From Reclinomonas americana ATCC 50394 (Eukaryota), in assembly GCA_048213135.1 (NCBI GenBank), contig PS015021.1, positions 85,618 to 141,127 of the forward strand: a stretch of DNA of 55,510 nucleotides. The letters are read 5' to 3'. Shown here piece by piece: positions 42,240 through 54,591 of this stretch. The number at the start of each line of letters is the position of its first letter. Position 1 is the first letter of the stretch. A program made the position numbers and the translations under genes. The notes beneath the pieces were generated by a model, which did not search any database, had not been told where the DNA came from, and saw only the letters and a list, made by a program, of their open reading frames with translations.

Positions 42240-42497
42240 ATGAGCGCTGACAAGCTGCTCGAGCTGCACCACAGCCTGCAGGACGCCGAGCACACCGAGA
42301 CGATCAAGATCCAGCAGGACGCGTGGAAGAAACAGCGCAAGTTGCGAGAGAGAGAACTCACACTGCGCGCGACTTTGGAGCATGCGCGACAACAATGCCT
42401 GCTGTGGAGACAGAGAAGTGACAGTGTGACTCGCCTGTGTGAGGAGCTGAAGAAGCTGTCACGCTCGTTGAAAAAGGCCAAAAAGGGACGAATGTAG
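42240..42497 (+). CDS. Small predicted coiled-coil protein
   Basis: 85-aa ORF rich in L/E/K/R/Q, divergent from the sirtuin gene; no family recognised. Confidence 0.45.
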   Translation: MSADKLLELHHSLQDAEHTETIKIQQDAWKKQRKLRERELTLRATLEHARQQCLLWRQRSDSVTRLCEELKKLSRSLKKAKKGRM

Positions 42498-42532
42498 TAA
42501 CACAGCTCTTTTGTTTGTTTATCTCTCTCTCT

Positions 42533-45197
42533 CTACACGTATCTAAGTGGACTCATGCTGCTGTCGCTTCCATCGGATCGGTACGAGGATCCTTGGCCTA
42601 GTCTGTCCATGGAGGAGGCGAGCAGCGCAGAGTCTTCGCCGAGCGCGGGAGTGGTGGTGTCGATCAGTTGCGGGGTTGACGCGGACTTGTGTCTGGAGGA
42701 GGGCAAGGGGCGCACGGGAGTTCCTTGGATGCTGGAGCTGGCGGAGATGGGGCGCAGGCCGGGGGGAGAGGTGGGTCGCCAGTGGAGGAGCACGAGGATC
42801 TCGGACTGCGGGGAGGGGGAGAAGGGGGAGTTGAGGGGAAGGGGAGGGAAGGGGGAAGAGAGATCAGAAGGAGAAAGAGAGAGAGAGAGAGATAAACGAG
42901 GCAAAGGGAGAAGGGGGAAGGGAGCGAAGGGAGGGCGAAATGGGAGGAAGGCGGGAGGAGGAACAGGGTAACAGGGATGATGAGCAGGGAGAAGGTCAGA
43001 GGAGGGAGGGCAGCGAATGAGAGGGGAAGGAGCAAGTGCGAGGAGGTGGGAAGAGGAGACTCGACATGGAACATTAGTCACAGAAAGATCGGGAGCATCT
43101 GAGAACGAGCATCAGGAAGACGGCTGTTTGAGGGTCGATGAGGGAACGCGAGACAGGCATCCATGCGAGAGCATGCGAGCGGAGTGGAGGAAGGACGAGT
43201 TAAAGTTTGATGAAGGTTGAGGAGAATGTGGGCGGAAAGACGAGCGATCGACACGGGAACACCGCCGCAGAGCGGGCAACTGACGTCACACATGCAGGTG
43301 TGGAGCAATCATTGATCGCAGTGGGGAAACAGAATGACGATGCACACGAGAGCCTTGTCAAGTGAGAAAGGGAGTGAGCAGAGCGGTGACACATACACAT
43401 ACGGAGACAGACAGACAAACAGGCAAACCGATAGACAGGCAGACAGACAAGCACAGAGAGAGAGAGAGAGAAACAGAGAGAGAAGCAAGTGATCCGTGAT
43501 ACAGTGCCGCTGCGCAACATGGAAAATGGCATTGATGGTCACAATGGCGATTTGCGTGGGGGTGCGGTCGAGCACATTGGCGGCGCCGACGAGATTCGCA
43601 ATGTGGCAGCCGGCGATGAGGCACATGGCGATGCCGACACTGACGTTAATGTTGAGCACCTGACCACTAAACACTGGGGTGTGTGGCGCGACGCAACGTG
43701 GTGCACACGATCGTGGTCTTGATCATGGCGGTGCGGAGGGCGCCACCGACTCGTATTTGATGGTGGGCGCGGCAGAGCTGCACGGAGAGCGCCAGCAGCG
43801 GGGCCATCAACGGCACCGCCAGCACAATGATGATAATGGACTGCGCCATGAGGGCGGTGTTGCACTGCGCGGAGAAGATGTGTGAGCTGAGTGAGCGACG
43901 AATCATCAACAACACACAGTCCGCGTTTGTCGCACCTGGTGCATCCACGTAATCGGCGTTGACACGGCTCTGCGACGAAGCATGTGAGCGGCACATCACC
44001 CGTGTGCAAAACACAGTGCGTACACAGCGCCGCACCTTATGCATGCACCGGCCACCAGCACAGCGGCCACCAACAGCGCAGCCACACAGACTCCTGCCGC
44101 AATCGGAAACAGGCGAGCCATGAACGTGTGCAGCGACGGCACCCATCGCGCCACGCCGGCAAATCGAGAGACCGGCTTTCCCGACAGACCGTCGTCGTCG
44201 ACATGCCTCGCCCGAGTGGCCGCCGCGGGAATGGAGGCATACAGCACGGACCTGGATGTGGCGACATGAGAGGCAAGAAGGGATCACGAAAGCAGGGCCA
44301 GCAGCAGTACCAGTAGACGCAGAGACCGAGCTGAATCAGCCCGTCAATCACGTTCACCGACGTCATGATTACCATATCCTGTGTGTGCGAGAGGCAGAGA
44401 TGAGCATCCGCTTGGATCGCCATGGAAGACAACAACAGCAACAGCTCGCGCACCACTTCGTATGAGTTGGCGATTAAAAAGTGTGCCGCGTGAGCTGCAA
44501 AGAAAGGCAAGAGGTGAGCTTGGTTGAACGTGGAGATCTTCTGCTGCTCCAGTCTAGTCTCACTGCTCAGTCGCTGCTGCTTGGTCGCTCTCACTGCTCA
44601 GTCTCGATACCTCTGTACAGTCTCGCTCCCTGTGCTCAGCCTCCCTCTGCTTATACTCTCTGCTCTGCTCAATCGCTCACTGCTCTGCTCAGTCGCTCAC
44701 TGCTCCTCTTCTCATCTTCTCTCTCTCTCTCTCACTCTCTTCCCTCCTTCCTTCTCCCTCTCTCTCCTCTCTCTTCACTCTCTCCCTCCCCACTCTCCCC
44801 CTCTGTCTCCCTCCTTCTCTCATCTCTCTCTCCCTTCCCCTCCTCTCTCTCTCTCTCTCTCATCCTCATCCTCACACCTCGCATTTGCCACACAACTCAC
44901 CCGCATATCTCAAAAAGATCAACAGCCGCACGCCCAACAACACAAAAAACATGGCCCTATCACACACACACATGTGAGGGAAGACACACAAACAAGCTCT
45001 TCTCCCTGTCTCTCTCTCTCTCACCTATGCTTCCTCCCCAACGCACTTGCCAACGCATTCGCCCCGCCTAATCCTCCCCGCCACGCACACCACCACACTC
45101 CCAAGTGATACGCAAGAGACACCAGTGCCGCCACGCCCACCAGTGCACTCCAGGTCAGAGTCACGGCGCAGGCGGCGACAAACTTGGAGCAAATCAT
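42533..45197 (-). CDS. Unknown multi-pass (possibly 7TM) membrane protein; 3' exon structure uncertain
   Basis: An ATG at 45197 begins a hydrophobic exon. Further hydrophobic exons lie at about 44494-44040 and 43855-43519, with a Ser-rich terminal exon at about 42805-42533. Confidence 0.5.
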
Positions 45198-46081
45198 TGC
45201 TCTCCCACTCTCACTCTCTCGAAAAGGTGAATTGAAGAATGAATGAAGTGTCCTGTACGCAGTTGTCTATCTTGTGCAGCTTGGGCTGCGTGTTGCTGAG
45301 CAGCAGGCCTGACTTCGTTATATTGATGATACATGCATGTACATGTTCGATTTTTGCCCCTTCATGCACCGTGTTCGCCGCACGTGAAGAGGACGTGATG
45401 CTTGAAGGACTCTCTCTCTCTCTCTCTCTCTCTTCCTTACCCAACAGGAAGAGTCTGGCTGTCCTCTACTGGCGTTCCCTCGAATTCGTCTTTCTCTCCA
45501 AGGCCCTTGCAACTGACCCTTGCCGGCAATGACGGTCAGTTACAAGCCTGCAGCTGCTCAATCTGGACAACTGCATGTGCGAATCGTCTTCTGGAATCCG
45601 TGCAGCAGTTGCATGCATGGTACTCACCAGCGAGTGAGCACTAGGAACGGAGACGTCACGAGCAGAAGTCGAAATGGCGACTGCTGGCGTTTCTTCAATT
45701 CATCTTGTACTCCAAGCCTCCGTATAACACCTCTGCCGACCCTCTTCCCTTGTCCATCGTTCCAACGCATCCCGAATCCGTATCTCTCTGTGGCCCTGCT
45801 TGCTCACCTTGAATAACTGCGTGTGCGACAACGTGTTCTCCATTGAGCTCTGCAGCAGCACGAACACCACCATCGAGACAGCGCAGGGGCTAGAGCAAAG
45901 TCGAAAGTGCTGTCGACAAAAGCCGTATCAAAGCCAATCTGCCCTCGTCACTCTCTCCTCACCACCCAGCCCTCTCTCTCTCCACAACTTTTGTCACACA
46001 ATCCTCTTCTGTGATAGCTTGATCGCTGAACTTCCATCTCAGTGCACTTAATTAATACTAATCCACTTACACACATATACT

Positions 46082-48428
46082 TCACTTCTTCTGCCTTCGA
46101 CTCCTCCTCATCGGCACTCCGCCGAGCAATGGCGGTGGCGGTGGCGGCGGTAGCGGCGGCGCCGGTGCCGCTGCACCCTTCTTCCCCTTCTTCCCTCCTC
46201 TGTTGTCGCCCATTGCCGCGGCCGCCACCACCGCCGCCGCACCGTGCATCATGGCGACAGCTGCAGCGGGTGCCGCCGGCGCCGCCGCAGGTGCAGCAGC
46301 CGGCCGGCCCGACGGACCCTCATTCTCGGCCGGCGATTCCACCGGATGCAGTGATCTGCACAGCGAGCATCCGAGCGGCACTGGCACACCACGCGAGCCG
46401 TTTGGTGGATGCGCTATCCGCAGCGGGCAGGTGGCCGGACCCTTGCACACGGGTATCTTCTTGCCCCAACCGGTAATGTCGGGCCGCCGCACGTGGCAAT
46501 CGTCACAATAGTGCGTGGTACCGAAGCAGAAAAACGTGGCCAGTTTGCAGCAAAAGTTGCACTTGAAGGCGCTGCCACCAATCCCAAATAAGAAACGCAA
46601 AGGAGAGCGACTTTCACCACCACCACCACGCAACACATGATCACGTCCGTGCACGGGGCAATTGTCGGAGTGTGACAAACAGTCGAGGCACACAAGAGGG
46701 ATCTTCTCCAACTCGTCCGCCGCCGCCGCATCCACGCACTCTCGCTCACCACCATAGTACGGGGTCTGTGTGACAACAACACACACACGCCGTGCAATGA
46801 GCACCTGCTCTCAATGTCCTTCCCTTCTCCGCAAACACCCCCACACACCTTGCACTTCTCACACATGTAGTAATTGTAGCGATAGGTGGCCATCCGGGCG
46901 AGATCGCCGCCGTACTTGGTTGCCAGATCCTCGCTCTGGTCCATCTTCTCCTCGCGTGCTCGCTTCACCGCCATGGCGAACACCTGGTCGCGCAGCTGCA
47001 TATGCGGTCGCATGACCTCCTCGAGGCTCGGGTGCGAGAGGAGGCGCTTGCACAGCGGACAGTTCATGTACGCAAACGTAATCTCGCGCGCCGGCCACCT
47101 CTTCTTGAGCATCTCGCGAATGCAGTGCATGTGGAAGTAGTGATTGCAGGCGAGCTTGATGACGGGGGCCTGTCCGAGTGGCTCCGTGAAGCAAATGTTG
47201 CAGAGGGAGTCGGCGGACTGCACACGTTGGTGAGCAGAGCAATGGTCAGGAACGTATATGTGCAGGGGAGCGCTACTCACCACCCCGTCGACATCCTCGT
47301 TCGCACAGTGCAGGCACTGAAGGCACGGAAACTCGCCGTCGACTCCACCACACGGATGCCCGCAGCGATGCATGCGTTTGCAGCTCTCCCGCGCACGCTG
47401 CGTGCAGCAGGAGTTGTGACACACGTTGCCGCGTAATGCCGGCGTGTTGACAAAGTCCTGGCACATGTGCACCACATCCGGCAACTCGTCTCCACAAAAG
47501 CGACACACGCCGTGCTCCGGCACAGCTGGAGGTGGCGGCGGCGGAGCCGGTGGCGTCTGTCGCTTCGATTTCGTCGGCTCAAAGTAATAATCGCTCGTCA
47601 AATCCACCACGGCGTCGTCCAGCGACGACACCGCGACTTGTGCCGCACGTGGTGGAGGCGGTGGTGGCGGCGGAGGGGAGCGCACCACGACGATTCCGTC
47701 GTCGTCCAGCACGATAATGTCGGGCGAGTCCCTGCGTGCCGGCCGCTGTCGTTTGACAGGCGGCGGTGCGACAACGTCGTCCAGCTCCAGCGTCAGGTCC
47801 ACAACGTCGGCGTCGGCCTGCGCAAGAAAGAAAGAGGGGAAGAGGGTGAGAATATATAAAGAGCACAGGACATACTTGCGAGTGGTGATCATCACCTTTT
47901 CCGCCTTTCCACGGCCCATCACACCATCGTCGTCCTCGAATGCTCTCTTGCGGCTCTCACGTTGCCGGCCATCCACTTCCATCACGCCTCCATTCGGGGG
48001 CGGCGGCGGAGGAGGAGCAGCGACGGCGCGCGAGGGAGGCAGAGGCGCTGGGCGGAATGCCGGTTGCGGTTTCTGCTGCTGCTGCTGTTGTTTTTGTTGC
48101 TTTTGTTGCTGCTCTTCCTCCTCGACCAGCTCGATGATGGCCAGTGGGTCGAGGCGGCGGGGGGCCACGGCGGCTGCGGGGGGAGTGCGCCAGAGAAGGG
48201 AAGAGTGGGGAAGAATGGGGAGAGAATAATTAGAGAAGCGTTTGCGAGGATTGCGAGAAGAGAGACGGGGGAGCGCGGGAGATAATGAGCGACGAAGGGG
48301 AGTTGAGAAGGAAGAGACAAGAGCAAGGAGAAAAGCACTCACACACAGAGAGTGACTCAAGTCACCGCATATGCTGTGTAAGAGCCACGCGGACTTCACA
48401 AGGCTCCAAACACGAGACAACACAGACA

Positions 48429-48474
<46 letters not shown>

Positions 48475-49175
48475 GAGAGTACAGTAAGAGAGGTCTCAAC
48501 ATGCGTGCGTGAGAGAGTGCGCGAATGTAAGAGGAATGCGCGCGGAAATAAGGAGGAACGCACACAATAGACGCGCGTTCTCTCTGACACACACACACAC
48601 ACACAACTCTCTCTCTCTCTCTCCTCGCTGTACTACACGTACGTACGTCTCTCTCTCTCTGCTCTCNNNNNNNNNNNNNNNNNNNNNNNNNNNNNNNNNN
48701 NNNNNNNNNNNNNNNNNNNNNNNNNNNNNNNNNNNNNNNNNNNNNNNNNNNNNNNNNNNNNNNNNNNNNNNNNNNNNNNNNNNNNNNNNNNNNNNNNNNN
48801 NNNNNNNNNNNNNNNNNNNNNNNNNNNNNNNNNNNNNNNNNNNNNNNNNNNNNNNNNNNNNNNNNNNNNNNNNNNNNNNNNNNNNNNNNNNNNNNNNNNN
48901 NNNNNNNNNNNNNNNNNNNNNNNNNNNNNNNNNNNNNNNNNNNNNNNNNNNNNNNNNNNNNNNNNNNNNNNNNNNNNNNNNNNNNNNNNNNNNNNNNNNN
49001 NNNNNNNNNNNNNNNNNNNNNNNNNNNNNNNNNNNNNNNNNNNNNNNNNNNNNNNNNNNGAGTCGTACACTACGTGCGTGGAGAGAGCGCGACGAGTAGA
49101 GAGAGAGCGCGGACGAAGTAAGGAACGACGACACACATACGACGCGTCGTCTCTCTACACACACACACACACACA

Positions 49176-49227
<52 letters not shown>

Positions 49228-49358
49228 CAGCACAAAGAGCACAGTCGGAACTCCGAAATCACCCGCCCAAACTCAGAAGCTCAGAGAGAGAGACACACAC
49301 ACAGAACTGTCTGTTAGTCTCTTTCTCACTCACTTTACACAAACTTACCTCTCGACAT
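46082..49358 (-). CDS. Short MYCBP2/PHR-like RING-Cys-relay E3 ubiquitin ligase with N-terminal SIM-like motifs
   Basis: 'CGHPCGGV...CLQCL', RING 'CNICFTEPLGQAPVIKLACNHYFHMHC...ITFAYMNCPLC' and 'YYMCEKCKTPYYGGEREC...CPVHG...KCNFCC...FFCFGTTHYCDDCH' match the MYCBP2 C-terminus. The inferred first exon is ATGTCGAGAG|GTAAGT at 49358. Confidence 0.85.
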
Positions 49359-49652
49359 TGTGCGCGCGTGTTCAAAGTGAGAGTGAGAGCAAACTGACTT
49401 TCGACCTCTCACACAAAGGGTGCCGCTGTTTTCCTCTTCTCCTCTCTGGCAGTCACTCTCTGTCACTGTGCGCGCACAATGACAGTCACGTTTTCCCCTG
49501 CTTCTCTCACAGAGACAACAAAGTCGACTTTTTTGCGCGAAAGTCGTCGCGGGACGATGGGATGCTGCAGGACCGCGAAGTCAAGCCATTTTCCGAACTT
49601 CCCTTCTCATGCCATTCACTCGTCACTCTATTTCCTTCCCCCACCCCACTCG

Positions 49653-52600
49653 TCACGGCGATCCTCGATTCGGCGCCACTCCCATGCGCTGCAACAAATC
49701 ACGCGCCGTCCTCGCCGACGTCTGCGTCACCGACGGGAGTGCCAGTACCTGTTTGCAGGCCACCGAAGCCGCCTCGATGTCGTTTTTGGCGTGCAGAATG
49801 CGAGCCCTGTGCGTATGCAGTAAATAAACAACTTTGCTCCATCGCTTCTTCGCACACGCAACTTGCACAACAATGCCCGATCGTCCGGCGCCGCCAACTC
49901 CGCCGCCGTGCGCAGCGACTCCAGCGCCTCATTCAGCGCGTCCGACTGCAACAGATGCTCGGCCTGGTTGATCAGCCACTCGGCGCGATTCACCTTTTGC
50001 AGCGCCTGGCTCAGAATCTCAAAATCGGCACGAATGCCATCGTGGTGCGGAGCCAGTTGCACGGCGCGCTCATAGTCGGCGAAGGCTGCGAGTGACCGGT
50101 GAGTACACGGGTGAGTGGACGATGGAATGACATCACGACGCTCACCTTCTCGAACCATGCCACGGGCGGCGTAGATGCTGCCGCGCCGCGCCAACGTGTG
50201 TAATCTCACGCTGGCAAACTGCGCGACGAGACGGGACTCACGGAGGCCATCGAGGCGCTCCAGTACCGAATTGCAGTCCTGCAGCGCATCTGCCGGCCGA
50301 TCAATGGCCATCCACGCAGCGGAGCGGTTCGACAGCAGTGTGATCCGATCCAGGTCTTCTGCGGCGTCACGCGCCGGTTTGTGCAACAGTGCCGAGTACA
50401 TGTCGATGGCACCGCGATAATCGCGCCGGTGGAACAACTGATTCGCTCGCTCCTTGGTCGGCGCCGCACCTGCGCACATTGCTCTTGAGTGAACGTGTGT
50501 TATTTTTCAAGAGCGGCATGTGCGTTGCACGTAACCTTCTTCTTCCTGCTCGCCAATCGCCTTCAACACCGCATCCAGATCCTTCCTCAGGTTCTCGTCG
50601 GGGTCGCCGAGGTGGCACGCGCGTTCCAGGTCGGCAGCGGCTGTGAGGTGGTGAAGGAAAAGGATGAATGCCATGTGCGAGAGAGAGAGGTACAAGAAAA
50701 CAGACTTACCCTCGCGCAACAGGCCAAGATGAATGCGCGCAGCACCACGCCGCGCATGCAGCTTCTGCAGACCGCGCTGCAGCAGACGACGAGCTTCAAT
50801 CGGATCCTCGTGAGCCTGGCGGGAAAGATAGGAAAAATGAGCAGAAAAACACAGACAAGCAATTGCGTATACGTCGTGCGCACCGGAGGCGCCTCGGCAA
50901 GAATGTCCAGTGCCTTCGTGCAGTCATCGATGCACTTGGCAAAGTCGCCCATCTTCAGGTAGCAGGCGGCGCGATTGCTGTATACGGAAGACCATTTCTC
51001 GCACTGCAGTGACGACGTGTAGGCTTGCACGGCGGACTCCATGTCACCACGAGCAAAGAACGAATCACCGCGGTTCTTGAGCCATTGCGCTGAAAGGAAT
51101 AAAATGTGAGAGACGGACATAACGGCGACAGGCGAGAGACTACCACGGCACACCGTTGGTTTCCTGCGACATGGCCTCCTTTCGCACGGCCTCGTCTTCA
51201 CTGAGGGGGCGGAGTACGGGATCTGCGCACGCAAGTCAGAAAGACAAGAAGCGCCAAGGAGCAGCAAGGAGGAGACGTAACTCTCGCGCCCTTCACGGGC
51301 AGGAATGACGGCAGCGTGCGGGGAAAACTTGATCTTGATGGTGTTGTGGGAGCGCGCAGGGGGGAGAGTGCGGTTGGCGGGGACGGCGGAGCGCGTTTCT
51401 TGCTTCTGTGGACGACAAGTAAGAAAAAGAGAAAAGCGGGCAGATAGGGGAAGGGGAGAAAGGGGGAGAAGGGGGAGAAAGGGGGAGAAAGGAGGAGAAA
51501 GGGGAGGAAGGGGAGGAAGGGGGAGAAGCTGGAGAGAGGGAATAGAGCGGAATGAGGATAAGAAAAGAAATGGGGAGAAAGGGGAGAAGGAAGAAATGAT
51601 GAAGACCAGGAACAACAGAATGATATTCACTGCACGCAAAATGCAGGCAACAGAAAGTGGACGCTCAGCGCCATCCAAAAAAACCATACTGCCGACAGAG
51701 GTGAGGCAGAAACCACCATGGAGAAGACACAAGAGCGCGAGAGAGAAGCAGGAGAGCGTCACAGCATATCGATAGCATTCTTCTGCACAACCGTTGCGAT
51801 GCACGAATCCGCCGTGCTCCCATCTCCTTCACATTCTCTCTCTCTCTCTCTCTTTCTTTCTCTCTCTTTCCCCCCAACTCACCGTCGGCGGCGCAGCTCC
51901 ACCCCAAATGTCCTTGTTGGCGAGACTCGCCTGCAGCACCGCCTTTGTGAACTCATCATCGTCGTCAGAATCGTCGCCATCATCGTTGCTGTCGGGTGCC
52001 GCATCGCGACGGCTTTGACTGTCGCCTGCATAATCACCCTCATCGCCCTCGTCAATGTCCTCGGCTGTGCGGCGCAGAATGAGAGATTGCTGAGAAAACA
52101 GGACTCCATTCTCCGCTTCGTACCCCACTCGGTGGCGCCGGCCGCTTGTCGCGGTTTGAACACGTCAGCCTGTTTCACGAGGTGAGAAACAGTGGGCAAT
52201 GTAATGCATGACTAGACGCCACCAACTCAACGAGTGCTCTCTGCTTCTCCTGCTCGCGCAACGACTCGGCCTCCGCCCGCTTGCGCTTCTCCAGATCCCA
52301 GTTCTTGTTGAACGCATCCTGCTCGGCCTTGGCCTTGAGCTCCAGTCGCAGCAGTCGTTTCTGAACAGAGAAGGGCGCTCAGCGTGCCATGTGCGCACAT
52401 AAACAAGAACATGATGTCATGCACCTGCTCCTCTCGCTGCACGACCTCTTGCATGGAGGCATCGCGAATGGCAATGAGCTCGTCCTTGCTGCCACGGACG
52501 GCAAACGCCTCAGCACCCCACATGCCCGGTTGTTCCTGAGAAGAAGAAGAAGAAGAAGAAGAAGAAGAAGAAGAAGAAGAAGAAGACGAGAGAGAGAGAT

Positions 52601-53707
52601 AGAGTACGANNNNNNNNNNNNNNNNNNNNNNNNNNNNNNNNNNNNNNNNNNNNNNNNNNNNNNNNNNNNNNNNNNNNNNNNNNNNNNNNNNNNNNNNNNN
52701 NNNNNNNNNNNNNNNNNNNNNNNNNNNNNNNNNNNNNNNNNNNNNNNNNNNNNNNNNNNNNNNNNNNNNNNNNNNNNNNNNNNNNNNNNNNNNNNNNNNN
52801 NNNNNNNNNNNNNNNNNNNNNNNNNNNNNNNNNNNNNNNNNNNNNNNNNNNNNNNNNNNNNNNNNNNNNNNNNNNNNNNNNNNNNNNNNNNNNNNNNNNN
52901 NNNNNNNNNNNNNNNNNNNNGAAGAAGAAGAAGAAGAGGACGGAGGAGGAGGAGGAGGAGGAGGAGGAGGAGGAGGAGGAGGAGAAGGAGCGCTGATGAG
53001 CAACACAGTGAGAGAAAGGAAGAGGGAAACGCCAATTACCTTCCTCAAGAAGAACTTTACGCCAGTGTCCTCGATCTCAGCAGTGCTGTTCTCGTCCTCG
53101 ATGCGATGTGCTAGGTGGATCTCGAAGAAGTGCGTGCGGCAGTTGATCTTGAGGTAACGCGGACTTGCTGTAAAAGGAGAAGAGGGTGAGAGAGAGAGAG
53201 AGGAGGGAGGGAGATAGGAGGGAAGGGGAAGAGGGAAGGGGAAGAGAAGAGGGAGAGAGAGAGGGAGTGAGGGAGTGAGTGAGTGAGAGAAGAGGGGAGG
53301 GAGGGAGAGAGGGAGACAGAGGGACGGGGGGAAGAGAAGAGGAGAGAGAGAGAGTGAGTGTGTGAGTGTGAGTGAATGAGTGAGTGAGTGCAGTGAATGA
53401 AGGAGTGAGTGAGGGAGTGAGTGAGAGAGTGAGTGAGTGAGTGAGTGAGAGTGCGTGAGAGAGCGCGAGTGTGAGTGAGTGAGACAACTGATGTGATCAC
53501 ACTGCGCTCACCTCCCTCCCTCTCTCCCTTCCTTCCTTCCTCCTCCTCCTTCTCTCTCTCTCTCTCTCTCTCTTGTGAGACCTCACCATAGATATCGAGA
53601 TCCTTTCGACTGAAACGCTGTCCGAGAGGCACTCGCAACACGGCCTCATTCTCGTTCTCTTCCCACTCACACTCGTCCACTCGCACAGTGCTTGCTCGAC
53701 CGGCCAT
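49653..53707 (-). CDS. DNAAF4: Dynein axonemal assembly factor 4 (DYX1C1/PF23): CS domain, coiled coil and TPRs
   Basis: N-terminal CS-like 'W..NENEAVLRVPL...DIY...YLKIN...FFEIHL', then 'PPARSHNTIKIKFSP...ARE' and 'WLKNRGDSFF...YSNRAACYLK...CIDDCTKALDIL'. Confidence 0.85.
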
Positions 53708-54591
53708 TGTTTCTCTCTCTCAAAACTGTTATGTTGTTTGCAGTTTGCAAGTCGATTGTCCTTGTTCGAAGTTCAGTTTTCTTTTTTCTTATTGAGATTG
53801 TCCACTCTTCCTTCTGTCCACCTCAACCACGCATTCATCAGTGCGTCGATCGTGCTTTCGACGTACACGTGAGATAATGGATCAGGATCGCACGAAGTCG
53901 AAGTTGCAATTGATCATGATCATGAGCAAAATGCATCATGGATCCACAAATCCCTTGCCGATAGTGACCTCGGCACACCAGCAACAGGTACACACAATTA
54001 CTCTACTCCATCAGTCACCTTCTCTACCAGGAGGCAAAGCCATCACACGTATACGCGTATGTTTGAACAACAACATGTACAACAACAACAACTTCTTTAC
54101 TAATTATAATCCAAACAGCAACACAGCTGCATGATGATCACCATCTTGAGTGAGCACCAGAAACCCTCAGTCGATCTGCAGCTTGCAATATTAATTGCAT
54201 GTTCGCGTGTAAGGAGATCGTACCTTGACTCCCGTGGTGTGCGTGTCTTGCCAAGGGCCTAGGTCAATGGATGCAAGCGGAAAGGGTCGAGGGCCAATGG
54301 CTGTCACTGTTAGCGATAGTGTCATTCAAAACGGACATCCGCTGCCAAACAGGGTCCACACTATGCCGTGTGACCGACCTCTCGGTGGATAAGTGAAGAA
54401 TGCAAAGTTATCTTCCCCGACGGTCATTCTTTCCTTGTACGAGGTATGCAGAGCCTGCATCAGTAGCAATTCTCATCGCAAGCATGTCAAGTTGATTTCA
54501 ATCGAGGAGGAACACAGTTTTTCACTGCAGGTGATGGTTCGCAACAATTCTTTCTTTCTCTCTCCCCCGCGTCTTCTCGCCACGCCCGCTC

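Noticed and set aside
43078-43345. In-frame TGA followed by open frame (possible recoding or selenocysteine)
   Set aside because: Alternative splice solutions exist, and TAA, TAG and TGA all act as stops in well-supported genes here.
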